This document shows positions 39,700 to 47,849 of a DNA stretch of 64,000 nucleotides, in pieces. Location: NCBI GenBank assembly GCA_011364905.1, contig RDNZ01000001.1:1-64000 (forward strand). The letters are read 5' to 3'. This DNA is from Candidatus Thorarchaeota archaeon (GTDB lineage Archaea > Asgardarchaeota > Thorarchaeia > Thorarchaeales > Thorarchaeaceae). The notes below the pieces were generated by a model. The model did no database searches, had not been told where the DNA came from, and saw only the letters and a program-made list of their open reading frames with translations. A program made the position numbers and the translations under genes. Numbering within the stretch: position 1 is the stretch's first letter; each line of letters begins with the position of its first letter.

Positions 39700-41754
39700 T
39701 CATGATTTCTTCTTTCTGATAGCTATAACTACAAGTGCTAGAGCAACCACTGCTCCAAATCCTACTGCTAACACAAGTAAGCCTAATTCATAGGGGTTAT
39801 CCTGTCCTGATGTCCCAACTAATCTAAGCATAACGGTATCAGAACTAGTGTGTCCATTCAGATCTGAAACAACAAGAGTCACATTATGAGAAGGACCGTT
39901 TATCACATTGATTGCAAATGTGAGGAAACCATTCCTCCATGTGCCTTGTCGGATTAACTCACCATTATGATACAACCAGTATTGGGCAGGGAAAACATCC
40001 CAAACACTCCATGTTACATTGACAACAGTGACACTGATGTCAAAATAGACATTATCTGGGTGACTAATATTTGGACTATACACATCTGCATCTGGCCACC
40101 TGTCTTGACTTCCTGCACTTCCAGGAATTGTGTAGGGATGATAACCTGATTCATAGTCATAATCACTCCAAAGGTTGCCTGTGTTCATACCATTATCCCA
40201 TTGATTCAGGAAGCCATTATCGATGGCATTTCCACCATGATTCCAACCGAAGACATTGAAGCATATTGTGTTGTTGGTTGAGCCAGCATAGATCTCCAAC
40301 CCCACACCAAGATTGTAAGCGATATTATTACTAAGGATCTCAGAATTATTCCCAAGATACAAGATTCCCCAATCATCCCCATCGATTATTTCATTATGGA
40401 CAATTCTTGAATTCCATATAGGTGCAGCCAGAATTCCCATGGAGTTAGAAGGCTGGACATAATCATCAGATGTATCCACTATTCGATTATCTACGATTAG
40501 CAATCTTGACCCAGAGAGACGAATTCCACAATAGCAAGACGTGATGGTATTCTCAAGAACTAGGCAATCGTAGCCTGACACCTCGATACCGGTGAAAGTT
40601 ACACCTGAAAGATGGTTTCTCTGTACAACTGAATCATAACAAGATGCCAAGTAGATCAATTTTGAGCCGCCGCTAGCATCCCCAAAGACAGTGTTATTCT
40701 GAACCGTGCAATCATGTGAGTAGTAGAGGGCAATCCCAAATCCATGCCCCACATGAACTATGCATCTTGATATCTGAGTGTTGTTTGAATAGTGAACAAT
40801 AATGCCTTGAGCAGTACCTTGGGATACAAGATCTTCTACACTACAGAAATCGGAATAAAGAATCTGGACACCATACGAAACATTCTCTATGGTTCCATTC
40901 TGGACAATGATGTTCTCGCACTGCATCAGGATTACCTGAGCGTAATCATCTGCATTGACTGTCATATTAATGGCATCCTCAAGGTAGAGAATAGGTTTGC
41001 CATTTGCACTATTTCCAGTAATAGTATAATCAAAGGTTGGTTCGTAAAGTATGTGGACATTAAGCGTAATTCCACCGTTGACAAAGATATTATCTATTAC
41101 AGTCATATTAGGGCTCCAACCGACTTGTAGGACCGCTGTATCAAAGAAGCAGTTTTTCACAATCGAGTCTTCGCAATAACTCAAGTCGACACGCATTGGA
41201 AAAGTGGTTGCTTGACTCTCAAAGAAATCGCATCCTGTAATATTGACGTCGTTCGAATGTTGGATTGAAGCTGCTGCCCAATCCATAACCATGATGTTGA
41301 AACCACTAATTGTGAGATGATCACTATATTCCACTTTGATGCCGCGATATTCACTGTATATCTCACATTCTTCGAGTGTCCCATTATCAGCATGAAACAG
41401 ATCTATGGTATAATTCAATGCAGTAGGTTGGAGAAAACAATCTCTAATGATAAAATGAACATCAACATATCTGATTTCGATCGGAACTTGTGGACTCGTA
41501 ATGTTCAAACCTTCGATGGTGAATGGGTTGGATTCCGTTCCGTTACCCGGCCAACCTTGATCAATAAAGTCTTGATTCCCACTGATGAAGATTGGTGCAT
41601 GCGGCGTATACGATGTTTGGAAAATACGGGTTGAGTCCGACATTTTGGTTGGCTCCTTAACTCCATCAAGCACGACTGAATTACTTGCTGTGAGAATGAG
41701 AAGTGCAATCATGAGAGATATCACAGAAGAATTCAACATCTTATGCAGCTTCAA
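39700..41754 (-). CDS. Surface right-handed beta-helix (NosD/CASH-type) protein with C-terminal TM anchor
   Basis: HAPIFISGN...GNGTESNPFTIEG, parallel beta-helix repeats, GNLWSDY, Ig-like domain, TM helix followed by RKKKS. Confidence 0.9.
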   Translation of the reverse strand: MKLHKMLNSSVISLMIALLILTASNSVVLDGVKEPTKMSDSTRIFQTSYTPHAPIFISGNQDFIDQGWPGNGTESNPFTIEGLNITSPQVPIEIRYVDVHFIIRDCFLQPTALNYTIDLFHADNGTLEECEIYSEYRGIKVEYSDHLTISGFNIMVMDWAAASIQHSNDVNITGCDFFESQATTFPMRVDLSYCEDSIVKNCFFDTAVLQVGWSPNMTVIDNIFVNGGITLNVHILYEPTFDYTITGNSANGKPILYLEDAINMTVNADDYAQVILMQCENIIVQNGTIENVSYGVQILYSDFCSVEDLVSQGTAQGIIVHYSNNTQISRCIVHVGHGFGIALYYSHDCTVQNNTVFGDASGGSKLIYLASCYDSVVQRNHLSGVTFTGIEVSGYDCLVLENTITSCYCGIRLSGSRLLIVDNRIVDTSDDYVQPSNSMGILAAPIWNSRIVHNEIIDGDDWGILYLGNNSEILSNNIAYNLGVGLEIYAGSTNNTICFNVFGWNHGGNAIDNGFLNQWDNGMNTGNLWSDYDYESGYHPYTIPGSAGSQDRWPDADVYSPNISHPDNVYFDISVTVVNVTWSVWDVFPAQYWLYHNGELIRQGTWRNGFLTFAINVINGPSHNVTLVVSDLNGHTSSDTVMLRLVGTSGQDNPYELGLLVLAVGFGAVVALALVVIAIRKKKS

Positions 41755-41870
41755 TGTTCACCCCACCAAGATAGTCCGATGAAGAAATGCTCTTCTTAAA
41801 TCTCTTGTTTGAATGCTTTTGCTAAAACTGAAAACACAGGTGCAGCCTGATGTAATCCACCACTGAATGT

Positions 41871-42112
41871 AAAATGAAGAGGTGGGCACGGCTCTGTGCA
41901 AGCAACGCGGTGCATTGCCGCGCCACCACCTAATGTTTTGTGCGCCACGTTCCGAAGAACCCATTTTGAGGTTTATCGCAAGATACACTCCGCACGCCAA
42001 AGAGTGTAATCGGCTCGCACATTGAATATGCCGTGCCCTTGTTTGGATATGTCTTGGGAGCATTCGCAGTTATACCTTGTGGTCGGAGAAACTCCCAAAG
42101 AACTCTGGGTCG
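41871..42112 (-). ncRNA. Putative structured non-coding RNA of unknown family (~240 nt)
   Basis: Nested helices forming a four-way junction, a C(UUCG)G tetraloop, several G.U pairs that work only on the minus strand, an upstream TATA-like motif and a 3' U-rich tract; boundaries approximate. Confidence 0.65.
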
Positions 42113-42124
42113 TGCTGGTAGTGA

Positions 42125-42317
42125 TAGTCCACATTAAGATACCACAATCTCGCATAAAAAGACTATGCGCATGTCTGACTCATTTCGATTCGAGTCGTGT
42201 GCATCTCACCCTCAGCATCTTACGTTTTTGTGCCCGCAATCGCAACCTTTAATCGGTGTACAACATCCTGATTCTCTAAGGCCAAAGTAGAGAGAGAAAG
42301 ACCTTAATGTGGGACTA
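42125..42317. promoter_or_regulatory. Divergent promoter region bounded by an inverted CTTAATGTGG(G)ACTA motif pair
   Basis: Minus strand ATCTTAATGTGGACTA (42140-42125) and plus strand ACCTTAATGTGGGACTA (42301-42317). Confidence 0.55.
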
Positions 42318-42395
42318 GGCGCGAATGTCCTCTCTGAACCGGGTTTATGTTTCAAGACTTGGCCAGACCAGTAAGACAGTTGGAGACATGACTAT

Positions 42396-44216
42396 ATGCG
42401 TGTGTATTTAGACGCGAACTTCTTCATATCGGGTTTCTCGGACCGCCCAAAAGATGTAGCAGTTGTAAAGAAAGCCGCAGACGAAGCGGAGATGGAACTT
42501 TGGATCACAAGACAAGTGTTTCAGGAGCTCAGGTGGTATCTAAGAAGAGAAGCTGAGAAGATTGTGCAGATAGATGAAACTCTCTCGAAAGATATCAAAG
42601 CTTTCATGGAAAGCATAAATCGTCCAGAGTCATCGCTGCCACAGCCAAATGATATGTCTCTTGTCTTAGGCGCTATGCGTAGCAAAGGTTCAAAGATTGT
42701 GACTAGTGACCTGAAGTTGTTGAATACAATTCAGGATCTGAATGTTGACGTTGAAGGCATTGTTGGATCCGCGTTTGTACTGGAACTTATGGAGTCAGTT
42801 TCGGATGAAAAGCTAAAGGAGGATCTCTCAGCAATCAGAGACCGCATATATTCGGAGGAAGTAAGATACAGCATCTCTCGCCAGGAAACATATGATCCTG
42901 TGACTAGAATCCGTATCATTGAGGACCATGCCCTTCGAGTGCTCAGGACTGTAAAACGGCCAGCTGAGGGTTTCGACAGAAAGCTCTCAAAGGGACAGCC
43001 TCTGTTTGTTCTCGACTTCCTAGAAGACATCAAGGCTGATGTCCCCAATATGTTCGAGGACTTTAGAGAAGGAAAGTATGATACTCTAGCTCATGAGATT
43101 GAGGCAGTGCAGAATGAGATTGAGAGGCTGCTCATTGTATCAACACTGACGGAAGACAGTGAAACACATGGTCAACTAGTCAGGCATGCTTCAGACCTCA
43201 CACTGTTCCTATATTACTTGGAGATGATTTGCCATCTGTATCGAGGGACCCGCCAGGGTATTGAAGATGCCTTAACAATCAGCGACGAAGCATTTAGGCT
43301 TTTGATGTTTGCAGAAGTAAGCAATGATGAGCTTAAGGCATCAGTCTTCTTTGTACGAATTGTTCTTGCTCTCATACGAGAAGATTACGAAGAGATTGAT
43401 TACTATTACAGCCTCTATGATAGCATGATCAACCGCATTGGGTTAACCGATATGCTAGAAACCTCTGAAGGGCTCTATATTACGATGCAGATCCTTAGGA
43501 AGTTTATGGGTGGTTTCAGTCTGACAAAGAACAAACTGCAATACCCGGAAGTAACCATGTCCATGCTCAATGACCTGACAAAATACGCAATCCAGTTCGA
43601 CGACCACGATAATGCATGGCAGTTAGCAGTGACAGCGTATAAAATTGGAGTAGCATACAACAAAGAGGACGGCGCATTGGGATCGTTCCTCATGCTATAC
43701 AAGGTTTCATCGTCATCACATGATAGATTCAAACCAGCTCTTGAAAAAATAGCAGAGCATGCACTGAAGGCATTTGTCAAGAAGGGCTGGGATACAACAC
43801 AAATCACCCCAATTCTGAACGAGGTTCAAGGACAGCTCCCGCAAGTCAGCGGGATGACCACAGATGGACCAGTGGACCAAAAAGAGTTGAACGAAGAACT
43901 CACTGGCTGGATGGATGTTCTGTCACTTGAAACAATTGATGGCGTCGAAATGCTTGTTGTCAGAAATGACAAACTACAAGCACGTATTGCCATTGCAGTT
44001 GGGAACCGTCAGGAACTTTGTGCACTGAAAACAGGACACAAGGTTGCGCTAACAAATGGAAATTTCGAAGTGTCAAATGCGAAACCTGAAGTAGTCAAAC
44101 AATACTCTATAGTATTGACAATCACACCCAGCGAAAGCGCAGAGATTTCCTATGAAGGCGAGTATGGATTCAGCTATCTCAAAGTAACTGAGGAAACTGC
44201 CAAATTAAAGACATAA
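42396..44216 (+). CDS. Large PIN-domain protein (PIN + helical solenoid + beta-rich C-terminal domain)
   Basis: VYLDAN (D6), FQEL (E44), PNDMSL (D86), IVTSD (D105): PIN acidic residues intact. Confidence 0.85.
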   Translation: MRVYLDANFFISGFSDRPKDVAVVKKAADEAEMELWITRQVFQELRWYLRREAEKIVQIDETLSKDIKAFMESINRPESSLPQPNDMSLVLGAMRSKGSKIVTSDLKLLNTIQDLNVDVEGIVGSAFVLELMESVSDEKLKEDLSAIRDRIYSEEVRYSISRQETYDPVTRIRIIEDHALRVLRTVKRPAEGFDRKLSKGQPLFVLDFLEDIKADVPNMFEDFREGKYDTLAHEIEAVQNEIERLLIVSTLTEDSETHGQLVRHASDLTLFLYYLEMICHLYRGTRQGIEDALTISDEAFRLLMFAEVSNDELKASVFFVRIVLALIREDYEEIDYYYSLYDSMINRIGLTDMLETSEGLYITMQILRKFMGGFSLTKNKLQYPEVTMSMLNDLTKYAIQFDDHDNAWQLAVTAYKIGVAYNKEDGALGSFLMLYKVSSSSHDRFKPALEKIAEHALKAFVKKGWDTTQITPILNEVQGQLPQVSGMTTDGPVDQKELNEELTGWMDVLSLETIDGVEMLVVRNDKLQARIAIAVGNRQELCALKTGHKVALTNGNFEVSNAKPEVVKQYSIVLTITPSESAEISYEGEYGFSYLKVTEETAKLKT

Positions 44217-44234
44217 AGGCGGATTTGAAAGAAA

Positions 44235-44678
44235 TTGAACATACTGACATGGGTAATCCTTGTAGTTGCAGTTTTGCTGTCTTCAGCCTTCAACTACATA
44301 CTCAACAGGGCACCCGGAGCAGATCCAGAGGATTTTCAAGTAGGTCCTCCTCAACTGGGTATCACATGTGATTGCTCGTTGAATGTTATCATCATTGGAG
44401 CCATCATGGTTCTAGCACTCAGTTCAGTATCGGATTTGTTTGCGACGCGCTTGGAGCTTTACTCTGTTGGAATAATCTCTTTTGGTGCAATAACTGCCGC
44501 GGGTCTTATAGGTCGCCGCCGTAGACACAAGGAATGGGCGGAACTCAGAAGAACTATTGAGAGAGCAGTCCCTGCTTCTTCATTCTACGGATTAGGACGA
44601 GCTCCAATCGACATTGCATTTGAGGATGATGACGAAGTTGATGACGACGATGATGACTTCGACTATGGGGAGTTCTAA
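44235..44678 (+). CDS. Membrane protein with highly acidic C-terminus
   Basis: Three hydrophobic helices, RRRRH, EDDDEVDDDDDDFD tail; 18 nt after the PIN gene. Confidence 0.72.
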   Translation: MNILTWVILVVAVLLSSAFNYILNRAPGADPEDFQVGPPQLGITCDCSLNVIIIGAIMVLALSSVSDLFATRLELYSVGIISFGAITAAGLIGRRRRHKEWAELRRTIERAVPASSFYGLGRAPIDIAFEDDDEVDDDDDDFDYGEF

Positions 44679-45073
44679 TTCTCACTTCCCCTTTTTGGTA
44701 CAATCTTATCATCCTTGATATTTGGAAACTTCAAAGCGAGTAGTCTACTTGCTTGATGTTTTATAGCCTCGAACGAGTGTTCTTCACCTGGTTCTACAAT
44801 CACAACGTCACCATTCTTCAATTCGTGCCGTTCTTTTCCGATGTACAAATCAAGGTCGCTCAAGGCAATGAAAACTTCCTCCAAGCGCTCATGGGCATGA
44901 GGTGAACTTCTCCCTTCGCCTTCAATATCGACCAGAATCACGCCACAGGAGTCAAGAGATTCACGAAAGCGGAGGTCCGCAACATACGCTGCTTTGTAGC
45001 CAGCTCGTTCAGCTCTTTCTGCATCCTCAGCTCTATAGATACGAACCATTTCAATCGATATCAGAGAAAACAT
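44675..45073 (-). CDS. Cupin-domain protein
   Basis: PHAHERLEEVF, GDVVIVEPGEEH; start probably ~45049. Confidence 0.88.
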   Translation of the reverse strand: MFSLISIEMVRIYRAEDAERAERAGYKAAYVADLRFRESLDSCGVILVDIEGEGRSSPHAHERLEEVFIALSDLDLYIGKERHELKNGDVVIVEPGEEHSFEAIKHQASRLLALKFPNIKDDKIVPKRGSEN

Positions 45074-45238
45074 TGTTAGAGAAATACTTTGCCGCTGAGG
45101 AGATGAGGAAGTCGAGGGAAAAGTGAAGATATGTGGATTTCTTCAATTGCGCCAAGATTGAATCTTTTTATGCCTGTGTCGCTTTTCGTCTTAAACCAGA
45201 AGGTATTAGTTGCTGGAAATCAATGCTATATTCTGAGA

Positions 45239-46345
45239 ATGACCACTCCCGAAGTAACAAAGAACCGGATGATCTTCAAAGTTCTTATTATCGGCAATGA
45301 TTTGCCACTGCAAACTGGTTTTCTTAGCAGAGCCTCCGGTAATCGCGTATCTTGTCAGATGTACAACACTATAGGTTTGAGCCTCGGAGTGGCAAGACAT
45401 GATTATCCTAGTGGGCAAAGCGTGATTCTCCAACTTTGGTCAATCCCATGCTCTGAAAGGTTGGATAGACTCTCCCGAAATTTCACCAGAGGCCACAGCG
45501 CTATTATTGTCATAATCCGGCCTGACGAAGTTGAATCTATACCGCGAATGTTTGATCATCTCTCTCTTAGCCCGAAAACCCCATTGATTGTTGTTGTTGT
45601 AGGTTCAGTCAGAGAAGCTGAGGACTGCTCTTACCGGCTAGAAGCATTTCTTGGGAGGGATTCTCCTGTCGAAGCAATGCAGACTACTGAAGAAATCACA
45701 GATAGTATAGCGACAGGGTTATTGACTCGGAATTCACGAGAGTGTAAGCTTCCAATGATTGTGGCTCTTGACGAAGAAGTCTGTCCGCTGTATGAACCGA
45801 CACTCCCTGCGATAGCAGCTCCGCCGAACACCCCTGAGGAGATCAATGAGATTCGAACAATTGCTATTGAGCTCGGACTTCGTGTTGTTGAAGAATCGTG
45901 TGCGGTAGAGATGGATGAAGGCGTGGCTTGGATTAGTATGAAGACAGGCACCATTAAGTTGAAACCAGGAATCTGTAGATATTGCTCTAACTCCTGCAAG
46001 AGGCAATCCAATATATGCATTGTAGGAACGGATGTGGGGTGGTCGACACTTAGCCTGGGTTCAAAAGCGCTTCTTACAATCGCAAAGATCTATGCTCTTA
46101 CAGCAAGAATGCTTCCTACGCGTGTCATGAAGCAACTTGAGAGGTCTACAGTTTGCCTTCGTTTCAACCCAAGTCCTGCAATATCAATTAAAAATGTGCC
46201 AGATCGAATTCTGAGTGGCTTCAAATATCCTGCATCAGGCAAATCTCTCCTTGATGCTGCAAAAGAGCGAGTTAAACAAGGACTACTCTCAAAAGACGTT
46301 TATATCCTACTAAAAAAGAAGCTACACAATCTGGAATCATCATAA
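45239..46345 (+). CDS. Degenerate Ras/Rab-fold protein (pseudo-GTPase) with C-terminal Cys cluster
   Basis: FKVLIIG...TIGLSLG...LQLW...FTRGHSAIIVI...PLIVV scaffold with G1/G3/G4 lost; CRYCSNSC-x6-C. Confidence 0.72.
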   Translation: MTTPEVTKNRMIFKVLIIGNDLPLQTGFLSRASGNRVSCQMYNTIGLSLGVARHDYPSGQSVILQLWSIPCSERLDRLSRNFTRGHSAIIVIIRPDEVESIPRMFDHLSLSPKTPLIVVVVGSVREAEDCSYRLEAFLGRDSPVEAMQTTEEITDSIATGLLTRNSRECKLPMIVALDEEVCPLYEPTLPAIAAPPNTPEEINEIRTIAIELGLRVVEESCAVEMDEGVAWISMKTGTIKLKPGICRYCSNSCKRQSNICIVGTDVGWSTLSLGSKALLTIAKIYALTARMLPTRVMKQLERSTVCLRFNPSPAISIKNVPDRILSGFKYPASGKSLLDAAKERVKQGLLSKDVYILLKKKLHNLESS

Positions 46346-46368
46346 AGTCCCTGAACGAGGAAAGCACT

Positions 46369-46872
46369 ATGCCATCTAGAACAATCTCTGTCATTGGAGG
46401 GTCTGATAGTAACTCAAGCAATTTGGAACTGGCTGAGCGCCTTGGAGCAGAGATTGCTAAGAGCGGTGCGATTCTCGTATGCGGCGGCCTTGGCGGAATC
46501 ATGGAAGCAGCATGCAAAGGTGCGAAGTTGGCAGGAGGGCAAACGCTAGGAATCATTCCATCTGACACCAAAGAGCATGCCAATGAGTTTGTTGACATAG
46601 CAATTCCAACAGGAATTGGGTATGCGAGAAACTTCCTAGTTGCAAAAGCTGGTGATGCAGTAATAGCTCTAGATGGATCAGCTGGCACACTCAGTGAAAT
46701 TGCCATTGCCTGGTTCTCAAACAAACCAATAGTATCACTCGTTCCAACAGGAGGTTGGGCTGCTAGGCTGGCTGGAGAAAAACTCGATGAGAGACGAGAT
46801 GATGCCATTCATTCTGCAAGTTCTCCTGAAGAAGCAGTAAAGATAGTGTTTCAAGTAATGAATTGGAAATAG
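46369..46872 (+). CDS. TIGR00725 family SLOG/LOG-like protein
   Basis: VCGGLGGIMEAACKGA, GIIP, TGIGYARN, GSAGTLSEIA. Confidence 0.92.
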   Translation: MPSRTISVIGGSDSNSSNLELAERLGAEIAKSGAILVCGGLGGIMEAACKGAKLAGGQTLGIIPSDTKEHANEFVDIAIPTGIGYARNFLVAKAGDAVIALDGSAGTLSEIAIAWFSNKPIVSLVPTGGWAARLAGEKLDERRDDAIHSASSPEEAVKIVFQVMNWK

Positions 46873-46888
46873 GTTGTGAACGGAAAAC

Positions 46889-47731
46889 TTGGATGTTGTT
46901 CAATCCATACTTAATGGAAAAGCAAACGTAGACGCTGAAGAAATAGTTCATATGCTAAGCATGCTAAAAGACGAATACCGAAACAAACGGAACGTTGTTG
47001 AGATACCATCAAGTAATCTCATCTTTGTGGGAGACCTCCATGGAGAACTTGATTCAGTTTTCCAAGTGCAAAGGCTTTTCTCGAAGTATAAAACTCATTC
47101 TTTCATCTTTCTTGGTGACTATGGAGACAGAGGGCCAGCTCAGATTGAAACAGTAAACACAGTGATGGCTCTTGCCCTAAGTGAACCAGAGAGAGTGCTT
47201 CTCCTGCGCGGGAATCATGAGTCAGATGAGGTAGCTCAACGATATGGTTTCTATACTGAGGTCACCCGCCAATACTCGTTCGAACTTTATAACAAGTATT
47301 TGGAAATGTTCCAAGTGCTCCCAATGGCAGCCATCAGCCCGGGATTCATATTTGCATGTCATGGCGGGATTCCTGAGAATGTGACATCAGTTCAGGACAT
47401 TCAAAAATGCAATAGAATGGATTCAAACTTCCCTGATGATATCATCTTCCAAATAGCGTGGAATGATCCAAAGGACGCTGATTTTAGGTTTGCAGCAAAC
47501 TCTCGTGGAATGAATGTCAGATCATTCGGACGTCTTGCCTTTGAGGAATTCACTAGGAATTTGGATGTTCAATTGATGGTTAGAGCGCACGAGGTTTTTC
47601 CAGAGGGTGTCAGAACTTTTTTTGATGGACGTCTCTATAGCGTTTTCAGTGCGACATACAGAGGTTTGGCTTCTCCCAAGGTGCTACGTGTGGGGTCTAA
47701 CCTTCAGACAGAGGTAATTCCGTTAATGTAA
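46889..47731 (+). CDS. PPP-family serine/threonine protein phosphatase
   Basis: GDLHG, GDYGDRG, LRGNHE, HGGI, WNDP, SRG...FG, RAHE, SVFSA. Confidence 0.94.
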   Translation: MDVVQSILNGKANVDAEEIVHMLSMLKDEYRNKRNVVEIPSSNLIFVGDLHGELDSVFQVQRLFSKYKTHSFIFLGDYGDRGPAQIETVNTVMALALSEPERVLLLRGNHESDEVAQRYGFYTEVTRQYSFELYNKYLEMFQVLPMAAISPGFIFACHGGIPENVTSVQDIQKCNRMDSNFPDDIIFQIAWNDPKDADFRFAANSRGMNVRSFGRLAFEEFTRNLDVQLMVRAHEVFPEGVRTFFDGRLYSVFSATYRGLASPKVLRVGSNLQTEVIPLM

Positions 47732-47849
47732 TCACACAGTGAGTTCAATAGTGGGACTATGATGTAGTTTTTTAGGGACAGCTGCAAAGGCAACTTCATA
47801 AGGTGTTAGAGTTCGCCGGTACAAAGCCTTTATTGAGAGACGAGTTAAA

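Noticed and set aside
41881-42038. tRNA/tmRNA-like acceptor stem (GGGCACG/CGUGCCC-A-CC)
   Set aside because: No T-arm (TTCRA), D-arm or anticodon arm, so not called a tRNA or tmRNA
42050-42112. HDV-like ribozyme (GCGAAUG) or H/ACA hairpin (stem followed by ACA)
   Set aside because: No P1/P3 nested pseudoknot pairing for HDV; no K-turn and wrong pocket-to-ACA spacing for an archaeal H/ACA RNA
41758-42252. ORFs of 101, 60 and 76 aa in the 41.8-42.3 kb gap
   Set aside because: No recognisable motifs and atypical composition; the strand-specific base-pairing pattern is better explained by a structured RNA
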